Shown piece after piece: positions 6,238 through 7,998 of a stretch of 7,998 nucleotides of DNA. This DNA comes from Candidatus Wukongarchaeum yapensis. GTDB lineage: Archaea; Asgardarchaeota; Wukongarchaeia; Wukongarchaeales; Wukongarchaeaceae. The stretch is taken from positions 1-7,998 of the forward strand of contig JAEOSI010000094.1 in the NCBI GenBank assembly GCA_016840425.1, read 5' to 3'. Positions within the stretch are counted from its first letter, which is position 1. Every line of letters begins with the position of its first letter. The notes under the pieces were generated by a model. That model did no database searches. It saw only the letters and a program-made list of their open reading frames with translations, and was not told where the DNA came from. A program made the translations under genes and the position numbers.

Positions 6238-7320
6238 TTGAGCGTTGAAGAGATGTTGTTAGAATACGGAGAACTTATAGAGAAAGAGACTATAAAATTT
6301 TTGAAAGATAACATCGCCGAAGCGGAAAAATATCATCCTTTCATTAAGGAGACTTTTGAGCTTCTTAAGGATTACATCTTTAGACCGGGGAAAAGGTTAG
6401 CCTCAATAAGCACCTTGTTAATCTATAAAGGATATAAGGGGAAGGTCGATGATCAGATTTTGAAGGTTTGTGCCGGTATTGAAATTTATCGCCATTCCAT
6501 TTTGATCCATGATGATCTAGTTGATTTGGACGGTATGCGGAGAGGAGAACTATCGATTCATAAACTGTTTGAGAACTTAATGGAAGAGAGGTGTGTTAGA
6601 GGTTTGGACGCTGGTAGAGGATTTCCGAGTTTTGGAGAAAGTATGGCAGTTTTTACGGGGAACATACTACTTTCTCTTGCTTTTAAGTCAATCAATAAAG
6701 CAGGGTTCGATAGAGATCTTACCACGAGAGTTATTGGTGCCATCAATAAAGATTTTCAATTTGTAAATGAGAGCCAAATTTTAGACCTTTTATTCGAGTT
6801 TTCACCTCCGAATAAAAATGAGTGGGAAATAATGGCTTCCAAACGTGCTTCACAGCTTTTCAAAACCACATTGACTATAGGGGCAATCCTTGCCGAGGTA
6901 CCGGAAGAAGAGCTGAAAATGGTTGAAGAGTGTGGATCTCACATAGGGTTTGCTTTCGATATCATAGACGACATCATAGGGGCGTTCACTACAGAAGAAG
7001 TTTACGGCAGACCTTCTACTGGTGATATAATTCTTGGGAAAAAGCCTCTTCATGTAACCATAGCTTTGGAAAAAGCAACACCAAATAAAAAACAAAAACT
7101 TTTAGAAATTCTAAAAAACAAAACTAAAACGGATGAAGAGATCCTAGAAGCAAAAGATATTATGCGTGAATACGGGCTAACGGAAGCAAAAAAAGCAGCT
7201 AGAAATCATGCAACAGAGGCTATAAAAATCCTAGAGAAACTAAAAATTGACGAAAAAACAAAACAATCACTCAAACAATTCATAGAATATGTAGCCGAAA
7301 ATCTTAACTGGTATACCTAG
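6238..7320 (+). CDS. Trans-polyprenyl diphosphate synthase family protein (GGPPS/IdsA fold), divergent active site
   Basis: 360 aa with GKR (aa 51-53), FARM IHDDLVD plus RRG (aa 90-103), GNILL, xQxLD (ESQILD), SARM region GFAFDIIDDIIG and D-x3-GKK. Several otherwise conserved residues are substituted (see findings), so no gene symbol is assigned. Confidence 0.9.
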   Translation: MSVEEMLLEYGELIEKETIKFLKDNIAEAEKYHPFIKETFELLKDYIFRPGKRLASISTLLIYKGYKGKVDDQILKVCAGIEIYRHSILIHDDLVDLDGMRRGELSIHKLFENLMEERCVRGLDAGRGFPSFGESMAVFTGNILLSLAFKSINKAGFDRDLTTRVIGAINKDFQFVNESQILDLLFEFSPPNKNEWEIMASKRASQLFKTTLTIGAILAEVPEEELKMVEECGSHIGFAFDIIDDIIGAFTTEEVYGRPSTGDIILGKKPLHVTIALEKATPNKKQKLLEILKNKTKTDEEILEAKDIMREYGLTEAKKAARNHATEAIKILEKLKIDEKTKQSLKQFIEYVAENLNWYT

Positions 7321-7380
7321 ACCTCCACCCCCCCATAATCCTCACGCTATAACAATAAATAACCACTTTTCTGAGCATTC

Positions 7381-7392
7381 TTTTTATAAAAA
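7381..7392 (+). promoter_or_regulatory. Candidate TATA box (TTTTTATAAAAA, palindromic) upstream of cysS
   Basis: Contains TTTATAAA, about 80 nt before ATG 7472. No transcription start data; AT-rich context. Confidence 0.35.
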
Positions 7393-7471
7393 AAATACAA
7401 ATATACAAATATTTAACATATTGCTCTTCATACAAGCATTAATTTTAGTTGGTTTGGTTGGTGTTTAACCT

Positions 7472-7998
7472 ATGGAAGCAAAGAATGAGGAGAATAGGAT
7501 TAAGAAATATGGGGGAAGATTGAAGCTTTACAACACTTTGTCGCGTAGCGAGGAGGTTTTCGTGCCTCTGGAGGAAGGAAAGGTAACGCTTTATGTATGC
7601 GGCACTACCGAATATGATTATGTGCATTTGGGACACGGTCGCACTTACGCGTTTTATGACGTTTTAGTGCGTTTTTTAGAATGGCTCGGCTACGACGTTT
7701 TCTATATACAAAACATTACAGATGTTGGTCATTTGGAAGAAGATGCGGATTTTGGAGAGGACAAAGTGGTGAAAAGGGCAAGGAGAGAGAGAAAGCACCC
7801 GATGGAACTTGTTGAATTTTTCATGCGTAAACATTTTGAAGCCGTAGACGGGCTTAAGATTAAACGTCCTAACGTAATGCCGAGGGCTAGCGCCCACATA
7901 CCCGAGATAATCGAGTTGGCTCAGACTTTGGTCAAAAAAGGTTATGCTTATGTTGCCAAAGGGTCTGTGTATTTCAGCGTTAAAAAATTCCCAGAATA
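7472..7998 (+). CDS. cysS: Cysteine--tRNA ligase, 5' part (3'-partial, 175 codons in window)
   Basis: Manual translation: MEAKNEENRIKKYGGRLKLYNTLSRSEEVFVPLEEGKVTLYVCGTTEYDYVHLGHGRTYAFYDVLVRFLEWLGYDVFYIQNITDVGHLEEDADFGEDKVVKRA...RPNVMPRASAHIPEIIELAQTLVKKGYAYVAKGSVYFSVKKFPE. Shows the LYNTL start, Zn-ligand CG, HIGH-like HLGH, NITD, PRAS-H and GxVYF. GGTG lies 8 nt before ATG 7472; TTG 7520 is an alternative start. Confidence 0.96.
   Translation, partial: MEAKNEENRIKKYGGRLKLYNTLSRSEEVFVPLEEGKVTLYVCGTTEYDYVHLGHGRTYAFYDVLVRFLEWLGYDVFYIQNITDVGHLEEDADFGEDKVVKRARRERKHPMELVEFFMRKHFEAVDGLKIKRPNVMPRASAHIPEIIELAQTLVKKGYAYVAKGSVYFSVKKFPE

Noticed and set aside
6558-7095. ORFs 6558-6746 (-) and 6850-7095 (+) inside the prenyl synthase gene
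   Set aside because: Alternative-frame shadows of a conserved gene.
7395-7410. Tandem ATACAAAT x2 in the cysS upstream region
   Set aside because: A two-copy AT-rich 8-mer is readily expected by chance or slippage.
7445-7897. Minus ORFs 7445-7636 and 7676-7897
   Set aside because: Antisense to cysS, which the track missed because it runs off the window.
1-7998. CRISPR array, tRNA/rRNA, transposase, integrase or defence system
   Set aside because: No regularly spaced 25-40-bp repeats, cloverleaf/T-loop motifs, rRNA-like segments, DDE or tyrosine-recombinase motifs seen. The PLD has two HKD motifs and is exported, unlike cytoplasmic defence-associated PLD nucleases.

Overview
Ordinary-looking chromosomal window from an archaeon. 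The lineage is inferred, not proven: archaeal-type AlaDH, a PEF-CTERM anchor, GGTG/GGAGG RBSs and frequent TTG starts; TACK or Asgard is plausible but cannot be fixed from this sequence. Minus strand: a >=590-aa HEAT-solenoid protein of about 15 repeats that runs off the left edge and is missing from the ORF track, a possible eroded C-terminal membrane-anchor remnant, a 3-TM hypothetical protein, an OCD/mu-crystallin-family alanine dehydrogenase and a ~163-aa hypothetical protein. Plus strand, divergent from these: a secreted two-HKD phospholipase D-family protein with a PEF-CTERM-like anchor, a strongly divergent trans-polyprenyl diphosphate synthase homologue, and the 5' part of cysteinyl-tRNA synthetase, which runs off the right edge and is also missing from the track. 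No rRNA, tRNA, CRISPR array or mobile element was seen. The best leads are: (i) the prenyl synthase homologue, whose Mg/allylic-diphosphate motif is intact while IPP-site, chain-length and carbocation-pocket residues are replaced, lying next to a surface-anchored PLD; (ii) the 15-repeat HEAT scaffold, similar in size to PP2A-A; (iii) a repeated A/C-to-G/T strand-composition switch at intergenic spacers.
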